The notes: generated by a model from the sequence alone, not told the origin. A DNA stretch of 24,000 bases from Alkalihalobacillus sp. 1P02AB (GCF_047302405.1 NZ_CP154853.1:2300076-2324075), one strand, 5' to 3'; shown: positions 8,665-17,976, numbered from the stretch's first letter. Translations and numbers: made by a program.

Positions 8665-9765
8665 TTATAGATCTAAATCCAGACCAGATTCCTCGATTAA
8701 ATTACGTGTATCTTCCCATACTTCCCCTAAGTCACGTAAAGGCATATCATGGGTTTTATAATCCGAAATCGTTGCTGCACCTTCAATCGCCTCAACATTA
8801 GGGTTAATTGGTACTTCTAAAGATTCATAAGAGAATTCACGTTGATTCTCTTCTTCAAGAATCCAATCTAGAAATACTTCAGCACTCTTTGCATTTGGAG
8901 CTCCTTGAACTAAACCTACTCCTGCTGCATTTAATACCGCACCCATTTCTCCTTCGCCTTGGTCTGGATAAATAACACCAACATTATTATCAGTTGGCTC
9001 TTGTAGTTGTTGGTGGAAGTAATAGTTATTTACTAAACCAAACTTAAACTCTCCAGCTCCAACGGCACGACGGATATCTCCATGACCTTGTAAAATCGCA
9101 CCAGCATTTTCTTGAACGGCACTGATCCATTCTTTTGTTTTCTCATCGCCCCACTCATTACGTAGAGCAGAAACATGTCCAATCATCGCACCATTTCCAC
9201 CACGTGTAATCGCAAAATCTCCCGACCATTCAGGGTTAGTTAATTCTTCAATTGTTTTTGGCATTTCTTCTTCCGTAATCAAGTCTTTATTATACATTAA
9301 TACACGTGTACGAGCTGATAATGCAAACCATGAGTTATCCTCGGCACGGTAAATTTCATCAATTGATTCAATGTTTTCTGGGTTAGAACCTTCAAGCAAT
9401 CCTTCTAATCTTAAATTTTCTAATGCCCCAATATCATTAGAGATAAAGATATCCGCTTGAACATTGCTCGCTTCTCCTTTAATACGATTTACAGCATTAT
9501 CGCCGGCATGAAGAGCTTGTACTTCAATTCCCGTTTCTTCTGTAAATTTCTCTAACAATGAATTAACAAAATTCTCATTTCTAGAAGAATAAACGACTAA
9601 TTCTCCTGTATCCTCTGCAACAACCTCTTCATTTGAATCAGATTCTGTTCCTTCTGATGAAGCGTTATCATTGCTGTCACTGCTGTCTTCGTTTCCGCAC
9701 GCAACTAAAGCAAAAATAAATAATACGATAATAGATAGCAATACTAACTTGTTTTTCTTAAACAC
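8665..9765 (-). CDS. Fe(3+)-type ABC transporter substrate-binding lipoprotein (FbpA/FutA-like)
   Basis: Lipobox LFALVACGNE; LVVYSSRNENFVNSLLEKFTEETGIEVQ; FGLVNNYYFHQQ Tyr-rich iron-ligand-like segment. GTG start with RBS GGAGGTG. Confidence 0.9.
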   Translation of the reverse strand: MFKKNKLVLLSIIVLFIFALVACGNEDSSDSNDNASSEGTESDSNEEVVAEDTGELVVYSSRNENFVNSLLEKFTEETGIEVQALHAGDNAVNRIKGEASNVQADIFISNDIGALENLRLEGLLEGSNPENIESIDEIYRAEDNSWFALSARTRVLMYNKDLITEEEMPKTIEELTNPEWSGDFAITRGGNGAMIGHVSALRNEWGDEKTKEWISAVQENAGAILQGHGDIRRAVGAGEFKFGLVNNYYFHQQLQEPTDNNVGVIYPDQGEGEMGAVLNAAGVGLVQGAPNAKSAEVFLDWILEEENQREFSYESLEVPINPNVEAIEGAATISDYKTHDMPLRDLGEVWEDTRNLIEESGLDLDL

Positions 9766-9799
9766 TAAATGGCACCTCCGAAAAGTTTCGAATCTAACT

Positions 9800-9818
9800 G
9801 ATAACGATTATCATTATC
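9800..9818 (-). promoter_or_regulatory. Fur box upstream of the substrate-binding protein gene
   Basis: GATAACGATTATCATTATC matches the classical GATAATGATAATCATTATC at 17 of 19 positions. Confidence 0.85.
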
Positions 9819-9925
9819 AACAACTTCTCTAATATACCTAGCTTTTCGTAGTATGTCAACAGCATTTCAAAAAAAGTTTACATCCTATACTAAAAATATA
9901 TTCTTTTATAGAGGGCTTGAAGAAA

Positions 9926-9949
9926 GCCCCTTCAATTAAGGGACTTCTC
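9926..9949 (-). terminator. Hairpin downstream of the ATPase gene
   Basis: Reverse strand AAGTCCCTT-aattG-AAGGGGCTT, 9-bp stem with one G-T pair. No good T-tract, so the call is tentative. Coordinates approximate. Confidence 0.4.
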
Positions 9950-9953
9950 TTAC

Positions 9954-11012
9954 TTATGCCTCCACTAATGCGACCGATTCAGGCTTAATATTAAAAGAAA
10001 TATTGGCATCAAGCTCAATTTCTTGTTCTACTGGTGCATATAAAATCATTGTTTCATTTAAAGCGTTCTCATTGCCTAACACCACTTCTAGCTCCTGATA
10101 TTCGCCGCTATAAGTCACTTTACTGACTCTACCAGAATAATAGCCATCCTCTACTAATAAACATCCTTCTGGACGAATCGAAATCTGCACATTATCAATA
10201 ACTTCTGACAATTGATTAGATAATGAAATACGCCCAATATATGTATCTACATGTTTCATATCTGGACAAATTTTTCCTTGCAACAAATTGGTTTTCCCTA
10301 AAAATTGAGCCACAAAACAATTTTTAGGACAGCGGTACATTTCCCGGGGTGAAGCAATTTGTTGAATGATTCCTTGATTCATGACAACTACTCGATCGGA
10401 TACAGCAAATGCATCTTTTTGATCATGAGTAACGATAATAGCTGTCGTGTTCGCTTTTCTTAAAATGGCCGTAACATCGTATCGCATTTTTTCGCGAAGC
10501 CCAGCATCTAAATTACTAAAAGGCTCATCCATTAAGACTACATATGGCTTTGGAGCAAGTGCCCTCGCTAATGCGACTCGCTGTTGTTGCCCACCCGATA
10601 ATTCACTCGGATAACGTTTCGCATATTCTAATAAGCCAACTAATTCTAAGACTTCTTTTACTCTTTGTTTTTTCTCAAAAATTTTCCATTTATTTAAACC
10701 AAAAGCTACATTTTTTTCAATCGTCAAGTGCGGAAATAATGCATAATCTTGAAAGACCATTCCAATTCCACGCTTTTCTGGTGGAATATTTTCTTTTCTG
10801 TTATAAACAGATTGCTCATTAATTGAAATAGTTCCATGTGAAGGAATTTCAAACCCGGCAATCATTCTTAACATCGTCGTTTTCCCACAACCACTTGGAC
10901 CTAATAAAGTAATAATTTCACCCTTTTCAATAGCAAGGTTGACTTCATGAACAGCCGGCTGATTTCCATTATGAAATTGCTTACTTATATTTTGAAGGTG
11001 GATAAAGCTCAT
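9954..11012 (-). CDS. Fe(3+)-type ABC transporter ATP-binding protein (FbpC-like)
   Basis: Walker A GPSGCGKTT, signature LSGGQQQRVALARAL, Walker B YVVLMDEP, C-terminal TOBE-like region. The ORF-track start at 11066 runs through the Fur-like site; ATG at 11012 (MSFIHLQN) with a G-rich RBS is preferred. Confidence 0.93.
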   Translation of the reverse strand: MSFIHLQNISKQFHNGNQPAVHEVNLAIEKGEIITLLGPSGCGKTTMLRMIAGFEIPSHGTISINEQSVYNRKENIPPEKRGIGMVFQDYALFPHLTIEKNVAFGLNKWKIFEKKQRVKEVLELVGLLEYAKRYPSELSGGQQQRVALARALAPKPYVVLMDEPFSNLDAGLREKMRYDVTAILRKANTTAIIVTHDQKDAFAVSDRVVVMNQGIIQQIASPREMYRCPKNCFVAQFLGKTNLLQGKICPDMKHVDTYIGRISLSNQLSEVIDNVQISIRPEGCLLVEDGYYSGRVSKVTYSGEYQELEVVLGNENALNETMILYAPVEQEIELDANISFNIKPESVALVEA

Positions 11013-11041
11013 GTTGTCGTTCCCCCTCATTCTTTTTAAAT

Positions 11042-11060
11042 GACAATGAATATCATTCTG
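11042..11060 (-). promoter_or_regulatory. Degenerate Fur-box-like site upstream of the ATPase gene
   Basis: GACAATGAATATCATTCTG, 14 of 19 positions identical to the classical Fur box. Confidence 0.5.
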
Positions 11061-11295
11061 AATCACAATTGTAACATGTATCTAAAAAAGTGGTCAATAA
11101 CATACATATACCTTTTGAACTGTTGAATAACTTTCTACTTTCCCTTAGTTCTCCTCGATGCATAATCTTCTTTCTTGCATTAGATTTTTATGAACCTGCA
11201 TAAAACCACTCGCCTTTCTGTTCGTTTTACATTAAAATCACATTATTACATTCTATTCTAGCAATCTATTAATCCATCAAAGGAGCCATTAGAAA

Positions 11296-11865
11296 ATGAG
11301 AGAATTACAAAATGTAGCCGTGCAACTAGTCCCGGTTCGTACAGAACATATTGATGGCATTTATAAAGCCGCACATGACTCAAGAATTTGGAAACATATG
11401 TCTGTTGATTTAATGGAAAAAGAGAATGTTATCCAATATGTAAACGATGCCTTACAAAGAAAAGGAAAAGATTTTGCCTTTGTAATTGTGAATAATTCAA
11501 GTAAAGAAATCATTGGTGTAACTTGGTTCCTCGATTACTCCGCTGCCAATAAAAGTGTCGAGATTGGCTCTACCTGGTTAAACCCAACGTATTGGCGCTC
11601 AACCATTAATACAAATTGCAAATACTTATTATTAAAGTATTGTTTTGAAGAACTAAAATTAAATCGTGTACAAATTAAAACAGGTCACGAGAATATCCGC
11701 TCCCAAAAAGCGATTGAACGAATTGGAGCAACGAAAGAAGGAATTCTTAGAAATCATATGATCCGAAAAGAAGGGAAAATCCGCCATACTGTAATGTACA
11801 GTATCATTATAGAAGAATGGGTAGAGATTAAACGTCATTTTGAAGAGAATTTATTGCAGGATTAA
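11296..11865 (+). CDS. GNAT acetyltransferase (RimJ/RimL-like)
   Basis: VEIGSTWLNPTYWRSTINTNCKYLLLKYCFEELKLNRVQIKTGHENIRSQKAIERIGATKEGILRNH. Confidence 0.9.
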   Translation: MRELQNVAVQLVPVRTEHIDGIYKAAHDSRIWKHMSVDLMEKENVIQYVNDALQRKGKDFAFVIVNNSSKEIIGVTWFLDYSAANKSVEIGSTWLNPTYWRSTINTNCKYLLLKYCFEELKLNRVQIKTGHENIRSQKAIERIGATKEGILRNHMIRKEGKIRHTVMYSIIIEEWVEIKRHFEENLLQD

Positions 11866-11887
11866 TTTGTTAGTTCCTTCGACAAAG

Positions 11888-11924
11888 ATAGAACCATAAA
11901 CTAAAAATGGGGTTATGGTTCTAT
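11888..11924 (+). terminator. Terminator-like hairpin downstream of the GNAT gene
   Basis: ATAGAACCATAA...TTATGGTTCTAT, 12-bp perfect inverted repeat followed by TTTTC. Confidence 0.65.
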
Positions 11925-12028
11925 TTTCACAGTCTTAATCTAGTTGACTCAATTCACAAAAAATAAATCTCATAAAAATATTTACTTTCCACCATCTCTT
12001 TAATCTATCATACACTCTATTTATCCAT

Positions 12029-13384
12029 TTACATTAATCTTATAATGAACATCGTTGCGATGCCAAAGTAAATAAGGAGAGAGAGAATATCATTAATGGT
12101 CGTAATAAGTGGACCAGAGGCAATTGCTGGATCAACTTTTAATTTATGCAATACTAACGGAATAATTGTACCTGTTAAAGTCCCAATGATTAATGTGATA
12201 ATTAACGTACTTCCGACAACGGCACCAAGGATTAACTCTCCTAGCCAAACAAAAGCAATGAAAGATATAAGAATTCCGCAAATAACACCTATCATGCTTC
12301 CAACTACTAATTCTCTCCATATCAGCTTTGAAACAACTTTTCTATTAATATCTCTTGTAGTAAGCCCTCTTACAACAACCGCTAACGATTGTGTTCCTGT
12401 ATTACCTGTCATTCCAGAAATCATTGGCATAAAAAAAGCTAATGCTACTACTTTTCCAAGTGAATCTTGAAAACTACTGACAATACCACCTGCTACTAAA
12501 CCAATAAATAATAATAAAATAAGCCATGGAAGTCTTCTAAATGCGGCAACTTGAGGTTTCGTATCAAAGTCAATATTTGCCCCTGCCGCAGATAGTTTTT
12601 CGATATCTTCAGTTGCTTCCTTCACGACTACATCAAGCATAGTGTCAACCGTTACTATGCCAACTAACACTTGATTATGAACAACAGGCACTGCAACTAA
12701 ATCGTATCTTTGTATGATTTGAGCTACTTGCTCTTGATCAGTATCTACAGAGACGGAAACCACACGTTCAAACATGATGTCTTGTATTTTTTCATTTGTT
12801 TCAGCTAAAATTAATTCCCTGTATGATAGGACACCTACTAGGTTCTTCTTTGCATCTATTACATATAAATAGTTAATCGTCTTTGCTATCTCCGCAAAAT
12901 CTTTTAATTTTTTGACGGCATCTTCAACGGTATAATAATGAGGGATCCAAACAAACCGATTGGACATAAGCCTACCTGCTGTTTCCTCCTTATAATCCAT
13001 TAGCTTTTGAACAGCTTCAGACGACACTGTATCCATTTCAGAGAGTATCCCTTTTTGGGTCACTTCTGGTAAATCTTCTAATAGATCTGGTAAATCATCA
13101 CTATTCATCTGCTCCATTACTTCTGCTGTTTTTGTAACTCCCAATATCTCAACTAAACTCTTTTGCGCTTCTAGTTTTAATTCATCAAGAATACTAGCTA
13201 ACTGTGGCAGAGGCAGCTCCGAAATAAATTGCTCCTGTTCCGTAATCATAAGACCTTGATAAACATGAGCAAGATCATAAGGGTGCAAATCATTAAGCAA
13301 TAACAATAATTTATTTTTATTATTCTCTTTTAATAACAACGTTACTTCGTGGATCAATTCTTCTTGAGTTAATTTTTGTTTCAT
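12029..13384 (-). CDS. mgtE: Magnesium transporter MgtE
   Basis: MgtE N-domain, CBS pair (DKNRVVG-like, VPVVHNQVLVGIVTVDTMLDVV) and membrane domain (FMPMISGMTGNTGTQSLAVVVRGL). ATG at 13384 (MKQKLTQEEL) with RBS AAGGTGG is preferred over 13420. Confidence 0.95.
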   Translation of the reverse strand: MKQKLTQEELIHEVTLLLKENNKNKLLLLLNDLHPYDLAHVYQGLMITEQEQFISELPLPQLASILDELKLEAQKSLVEILGVTKTAEVMEQMNSDDLPDLLEDLPEVTQKGILSEMDTVSSEAVQKLMDYKEETAGRLMSNRFVWIPHYYTVEDAVKKLKDFAEIAKTINYLYVIDAKKNLVGVLSYRELILAETNEKIQDIMFERVVSVSVDTDQEQVAQIIQRYDLVAVPVVHNQVLVGIVTVDTMLDVVVKEATEDIEKLSAAGANIDFDTKPQVAAFRRLPWLILLLFIGLVAGGIVSSFQDSLGKVVALAFFMPMISGMTGNTGTQSLAVVVRGLTTRDINRKVVSKLIWRELVVGSMIGVICGILISFIAFVWLGELILGAVVGSTLIITLIIGTLTGTIIPLVLHKLKVDPAIASGPLITTINDILSLLIYFGIATMFIIRLM

Positions 13385-13547
13385 CAATTCCACCTTCTTT
13401 TTTACATAAGGCACAAACACACCAAATTAAGAAGGTTAATTCACTACTTAAGTTGACATGGGCAGTGCACCTTATGAATTTTTCGACACCATCTATAAAC
13501 AGAATAAGTAACCAGGTCACTATCCAAATCAACCACTCCTTACAATA

Positions 13548-13768
13548 GATAAAAAACACCTCCATCGAATGAAGGTGCTTAATCAAATAAAGCACAAATA
13601 AAACCTTCATTCGTAGAGCTTTAGCACTGTACGGCATAGGATAAATAAATATCCAGCTACATTAAAAAACACCTTAATTCGATGGTTTCTGTTGACCCAT
13701 TGGCGTCTTTGGACGTTTCTGGGCAGTAGCTTATCTCCGTACAGGAGCCTCACCTAACGATGGTATGT
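13548..13768 (-). ncRNA. M-box (ykoK leader) magnesium riboswitch, including its terminator
   Basis: Reverse strand: GTTAGGTGAGGCTCCTGTACGGAGATAAGCTACTGCCCAGAAACGTCCAAAGACGCCAATGGGTCAACAGAAACCATCGAATTAAGGTGTTTTTTAATG...CCGTACAGTGCTAAAGCTCTACGAATGAAGG, then terminator CACCTTCATTCGATGGAGGTGTTTTTT. Characteristic M-box core, directly upstream of mgtE. Confidence 0.95.
13550..13580 (-). terminator. Riboswitch-controlled terminator of the M-box
   Basis: AAGCACCTTCATTCGATGGAGGTGTTTTTTA on the reverse strand. Confidence 0.85.
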
Positions 13769-13898
13769 TGTCGATAAATTATGTTAATTGAAATCATTTA
13801 AATTGTCAATATATTATGGGGCGTTTTTAGTTCCTACCTCTAAAGCCAATTCGGTATATACTTGCCAAAATACAAACCGATTTTCTCCCCTTCCTTTA

Positions 13899-14102
13899 TT
13901 AGCCAAAAAACAAATCAATAATATTCGCAGATTTTGAAGTTTGTTTGTTATAAAACTCTGAGTATCCACAATTCTGACAAAATACTACGGTAAATGTATT
14001 GTGCTGGATGTCCATCATTCTTGATAATCCTGTCCCTGTCATCGCCACATCCTTGCTCCCAACATCTGTTCCACCACATTTGATACATCCTTTTTTCTCC
14101 AT
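13899..14102 (-). CDS. Small zinc-ribbon (nucleic-acid-binding-like) protein
   Basis: 67 aa with paired CxxC motifs (CIKCGG...CQNCGYSEFY). Confidence 0.8.
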   Translation of the reverse strand: MEKKGCIKCGGTDVGSKDVAMTGTGLSRMMDIQHNTFTVVFCQNCGYSEFYNKQTSKSANIIDLFFG

Positions 14103-14368
14103 CTAATGAATACCTCCTGCTTTTTTTCTATTTTTCATTTTTTTTGTTTCTAATCATACGATTCGACTCTTCAATAGGTTTCATTCCTAATATAGTCAAA
14201 TCTGCAACCTGAATTAGAATTGTGGCACTTAATTTTAAGGGAAGTTTTACAATCAACGACAACAAGATTAAAGTTAACATTTTTTTAGCAAACATCGGGA
14301 AGCATTTGCTACATTGTCACGAGCTTTTTCGGAATCATTTATCTCTTTTTGGGAACGGATATTCTAAA

Positions 14369-14405
14369 GAAGCACCTCATCCTTTCTTCTAGGATGAGGT
14401 GCTTC
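14369..14405 (-). terminator. Strong hairpin downstream of the AraC-family gene
   Basis: GAAGCACCTCATCCT-7 nt loop-AGGATGAGGTGCTTC, perfect 15-bp stem; weak T-tract. Confidence 0.65.
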
Positions 14406-14412
14406 TACTCCC

Positions 14413-15249
14413 TTATTTCTTTTTAACAGGAATCCAAATTTCTTGTTTTCCTTGAGCATTCGGAGCACTTCGTACAAATTCAGGTGCATCCGCCAATTCA
14501 TAATCAGAAGCTGGAAACCATTCTGTATACACTCTTTCCCATGTAGACAATAAAGCTTCTGTTGTATCATCTTCTACCGAAAACACAGACCAAGTCTGTT
14601 TTGGGATTTGGCTTGTTGCTAAATGCTCTTTTTCTAATTTTGAAGCCACTCCGATTAAGTATGATTTAGTCATCCCCTCGTCTTCTTCAGTGTCTTTCAT
14701 AATATGAAGCAGACCTGGAAAATCACTCATTGCGAGGGCCTCTAATTTTTCGTATTCATCTTCCTTTAATGTATCCCAAAGTTTTGGATAAAAATTATCA
14801 CTTGCCACCTTCTCCTCTTTATAACCAATAACCTGAAATGTTTCTCTTTCAACAATTTTATAATTCATTTCTACAGCTCCTCTTATGTTTATTTGGAAGG
14901 TTAACTTTGGAAATGCTTTTAAAAAATAGTCGCCATCTTTTGCTTTTTGTGGTGTAATGCCATGCATTTTTTGAAAAGCTCTCGAAAAGGAATCGGCTGA
15001 TTGATAGCCATATTTCACCGCCACATCAATCACTTTTACGTTATGTTCTCTCAATTCAAAAGCTGCTTTTGTTAATCTTCTTCTTTTTACATACTCAGAT
15101 AAACTAACACCAGCAATAAATGAAAACATTCGTTTAAAATGATGCTCCGAATAACATGAGATTTGCGCGACCTTTTGATAATCAATGTCCTCATCCAAAT
15201 GTTCTTCAATATAATGAATGGCCTGATTTAAATTTTGTAATGTTTCCAA
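14413..15249 (-). CDS. AraC family regulator with C-terminal GyrI-like effector-binding domain
   Basis: N-terminal double HTH (AQISCYSEHHFKRMFSFIAGVSLSEYVKRRRL...YGYQSADSFSRAFQKMHGITP), C-terminal GyrI-like region. Confidence 0.9.
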   Translation of the reverse strand: METLQNLNQAIHYIEEHLDEDIDYQKVAQISCYSEHHFKRMFSFIAGVSLSEYVKRRRLTKAAFELREHNVKVIDVAVKYGYQSADSFSRAFQKMHGITPQKAKDGDYFLKAFPKLTFQINIRGAVEMNYKIVERETFQVIGYKEEKVASDNFYPKLWDTLKEDEYEKLEALAMSDFPGLLHIMKDTEEDEGMTKSYLIGVASKLEKEHLATSQIPKQTWSVFSVEDDTTEALLSTWERVYTEWFPASDYELADAPEFVRSAPNAQGKQEIWIPVKKK

Positions 15250-15379
15250 TTGCTTAACCTCCCTTCTTCATAAGAGTAACAAAACAGTATATTTCAAACC
15301 CGACTTTTATTGTTCCGGTTTGACGTTGTGAGAACTAAAAAGAGGACTCATAATCCCTCCTTTAGTTCAACAAGGTAAA

Positions 15380-15614
15380 TTATATATTTCCATTAATAAT
15401 AAGGTCAGCTTTTTCAAAGGGTTTATGTGCGTCTACATAAATGTCCTCGGCAATCATCCATATGGACAATAGTGACATTAGAACATTTTACCTTCAGTTT
15501 TTCTGCTAAAGTACTTTTACCAGAACCCCCACAACCGTCTATACCCATTAACAAAGTAGATTGTTTTTCTGACATCGTCTCAATTAAACGAATCAACTGT
15601 TTAATATCCGTCAT
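15380..15614 (-). pseudogene. Uridine-kinase-like P-loop kinase with internal deletion
   Basis: The 5' part encodes MTDIKQLIRLIETMSEKQSTLLMGIDGCGGSGKSTLAEKL...VHMDD. The sequence then switches frame to EDIYVDAHKPFEKADLIINGNI*, which looks like the C-terminus of the same family; the middle is missing. Confidence 0.75.
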
Positions 15615-15779
15615 CTCACTTCTAGTATGTTTTAGATTCACTAATATCACCACTTAATAATAAGATTACCTTAAATAATGACTATTTAAAGGTAATGTTA
15701 CCTATATATTGAACTTGATTTGTAAAATACCTATAGAAATTAACTAACATTATTTATAAACCTCATACAACCATTATTC

Positions 15780-16241
15780 TCAAAGCTTCATTTTTAACCC
15801 TTCATGTGTCGCTTGAAAACCTAAACGTTTATAAAATTGCTGGGCTGCTTCTCGTTCTTTATCGGTTGTGAGTTGAATTAAGTGGCAACCTCGTTCTTTG
15901 GCTCGTTGTATCGCCCACTCAATCATTTTGGTTCCTACTCCTTTGCCACGAACTGATGAAGACGTTCTCACTCCTTCAATCGTTGCTCTCCATCCACCTT
16001 GATGTGTGATATATGGGGTAAAAGTGATTTGTTGAACCCCAATAATTTCATCTCCAAGACATGCCACTACTAATTCATTATTAGGGTCTGCTTCAATGGC
16101 TTGAAATGCTTTTAAATAACTTTCTGGAAGTGGCTCTTCATAACATTCTCGTATAGCCCCTAAAGGATCATCTGCCAACATTTCGACAATTCGGCTTAAA
16201 TCTTGCCCCGTCGCTAGTCTAAAGTTAATTTCTTCTTTCAT
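15780..16241 (-). CDS. GNAT family N-acetyltransferase
   Basis: VRTSSSVRGKGVGTKMIEWAIQRAKERGCHLIQLTTDKEREAAQQFYKRLGF. Confidence 0.92.
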   Translation of the reverse strand: MKEEINFRLATGQDLSRIVEMLADDPLGAIRECYEEPLPESYLKAFQAIEADPNNELVVACLGDEIIGVQQITFTPYITHQGGWRATIEGVRTSSSVRGKGVGTKMIEWAIQRAKERGCHLIQLTTDKEREAAQQFYKRLGFQATHEGLKMKL

Positions 16242-16801
16242 TTGTTATCCTCCTTAAGCATTTTCTCCCACTCTGGACGTAGTAATGAAAAGATATAAGT
16301 GTCGTGGAACTCGCCATTTTGATAGAGATTCGCTCTTATTAATCCTTCCCTTGAAAAACCAAGCCTTACTAATAACTGGGTAGAGCGTTCATTTTCAGGA
16401 AAAGTTATCGCTCCAATTCTATGTAAAACTAACGTACCAAAAGAATAATTTAATACTTCTTTGACAGCTTCTGTTGTGATTCCTTTTTTCCAATAAAACG
16501 GATGTAACTCATAGCCTATTTCCGCTTTTTTATTCGGAAGATTGAGGTTGTTTAAACCGACAGTTCCAATAAATTCACTCGAAGCTTTATCAATGATTCC
16601 CCATCTAATTCCTCTTTTATTTTCGAAATTAGTTTGAAACGAGTCAGTCATTTTTTCGGCTTCTTCTCGACTCTGTAAGCTTTCCATCCCATAATATTTA
16701 GTAACCTCATCCTTAGACATGATATTGTAATAACTCTCAACATGGTCTTTGTTTATTTGAACCAATGATAATCGACTAGTGTCCAATTGAATAAAATTCA
16801 T
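16238..16801 (-). CDS. GNAT acetyltransferase (RimJ/RimL-like)
   Basis: GYELHPFYWKKGITTEAVKEVLNYSFGTLVLHRIGAITFPENERSTQLLVRLGFSREGLIR; 4-bp ATGA overlap with the downstream GNAT gene. Confidence 0.92.
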   Translation of the reverse strand: MNFIQLDTSRLSLVQINKDHVESYYNIMSKDEVTKYYGMESLQSREEAEKMTDSFQTNFENKRGIRWGIIDKASSEFIGTVGLNNLNLPNKKAEIGYELHPFYWKKGITTEAVKEVLNYSFGTLVLHRIGAITFPENERSTQLLVRLGFSREGLIRANLYQNGEFHDTYIFSLLRPEWEKMLKEDNK

Positions 16802-16825
16802 AAGAACCCCCCATTTATTAAAAAA

Positions 16826-16858
16826 CCTCCTAGAGTTAAATGTTCGTCCAGGAGGCTC
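16826..16858 (-). terminator. Intrinsic terminator downstream of ddl
   Basis: Reverse strand CCTCCT...AGGAGGTTTTTT. Coordinates approximate. Confidence 0.65.
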
Positions 16859-16863
16859 TGTTC

Positions 16864-17976
16864 TTATTCGTTATCATTAATCGAGCTTTGAAGCTTCTGA
16901 TCACGCTCATGTCTTTCAATCGCTAAATCTATCAATTTTTCAATCAGCTGACTGTAGCTAATGCCACTCAGTTCCCATAATTTCGGATACATACTAATTT
17001 TAGTGAAACCTGGCAATGTATTAATTTCATTCACAATAATTTCATTTTCTTTTGTTAAAAAGACATCCACTCGTGCTAATCCTTCACAATTAAGAGCTTT
17101 ATAAGCAGTCAATGATACTTCTTGAATTTGCTCTGCGATTTCTGAACTGAGTTTAGCCGGAATTTCTAAAATGGCTCCCGTTTCATCAATATATTTCGCT
17201 TCATATGAATAAAAATCACCTGTTGAGATGATTTCACCTGGAACAGAGGCAATCGGCTCATAATTTCCTAAGACCGAACATTCAATTTCACGTCCAACAA
17301 TTGCTTCTTCTATTAAGATTTTTGTATCAAACTTAAAAGCTTCCGCCACGCCTGCATAAAATTCTTCCTCGTTTGTCGCCTTGCTTACCCCAACGGATGA
17401 ACCTTGATTAGCTGGTTTAATAAAGAGTGGTAAACCAAGCTTATCAGTTACCGTCTTATAATTAATTTGTTCCCTTGTTGCAATCGTAAAAGTTAAGGCA
17501 CCAGCGACACCCAATCCAGCATCACGTAATAAACGCTTCGCAATATCTTTATCCATACTAATCGCCGACCCTAACACATTAGATCCAACAAATGGAATAT
17601 TGGCCATTCGTAACATTCCTTGAAGACTCCCATCCTCTCCAAGTGTTCCATGAATGATCGGGAAAATGACATCCAACTGTTGGAGAGCTTCTTCTTGATT
17701 TAAGCTAACGAGCTGATTTTTTTCTTCACCTGGAATAATAGAAATACCTTGATTTGTTTTATTCAAAGCAATTAACTTCGGATCCTCTGCATGAAGAAGG
17801 TAACGTGAATCATCACTTAAATGCCACTTCCCACTTTTATCAATCCCCATTAAAACAACTTCATATTTAGACTTATCAATGGCATCCACAATGTTTTTCG
17901 CCGATTGTAAGGACACCTCATGTTCAGCTGATTTACCACCAAAAACGATCCCGACTCTAATCTTGTTATTTTTCAT
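16864..17976 (-). CDS. ddl: D-alanine--D-alanine ligase
   Basis: VGIVFGGKSAEHEVSLQSAKNI, GTLGEDGSLQGMLRMANIPFVGSNVLGSAISMDKD, KPANQGSSVGVSK, EINTLPGFTKISMYPKLW. ATG at 17976 (MKNNKIRVG) with RBS AAAGGAGC is preferred over 18036. Confidence 0.96.
   Translation of the reverse strand: MKNNKIRVGIVFGGKSAEHEVSLQSAKNIVDAIDKSKYEVVLMGIDKSGKWHLSDDSRYLLHAEDPKLIALNKTNQGISIIPGEEKNQLVSLNQEEALQQLDVIFPIIHGTLGEDGSLQGMLRMANIPFVGSNVLGSAISMDKDIAKRLLRDAGLGVAGALTFTIATREQINYKTVTDKLGLPLFIKPANQGSSVGVSKATNEEEFYAGVAEAFKFDTKILIEEAIVGREIECSVLGNYEPIASVPGEIISTGDFYSYEAKYIDETGAILEIPAKLSSEIAEQIQEVSLTAYKALNCEGLARVDVFLTKENEIIVNEINTLPGFTKISMYPKLWELSGISYSQLIEKLIDLAIERHERDQKLQSSINDNE

Noticed and set aside
13320-13637. 105-aa ORF MPYSAKALRMKV... 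on the - strand
   Set aside because: Its 5' part lies within the conserved M-box and its terminator, and its 3' end overlaps mgtE in another frame; not a credible gene as called.
14364-14570. 68-aa ORF MIQQKLYCLHGKEC... on the - strand
   Set aside because: Overlaps the AraC gene 3' end and the strong terminator hairpin; out-of-frame artefact.
16864-17976. Van-type (D-Ala-D-Lac) ligase, i.e. glycopeptide resistance
   Set aside because: The sequence looks like an ordinary Ddl (YSYEAKY segment rather than Van-ligase features), and no vanH/vanX/vanRS-like neighbours are present.
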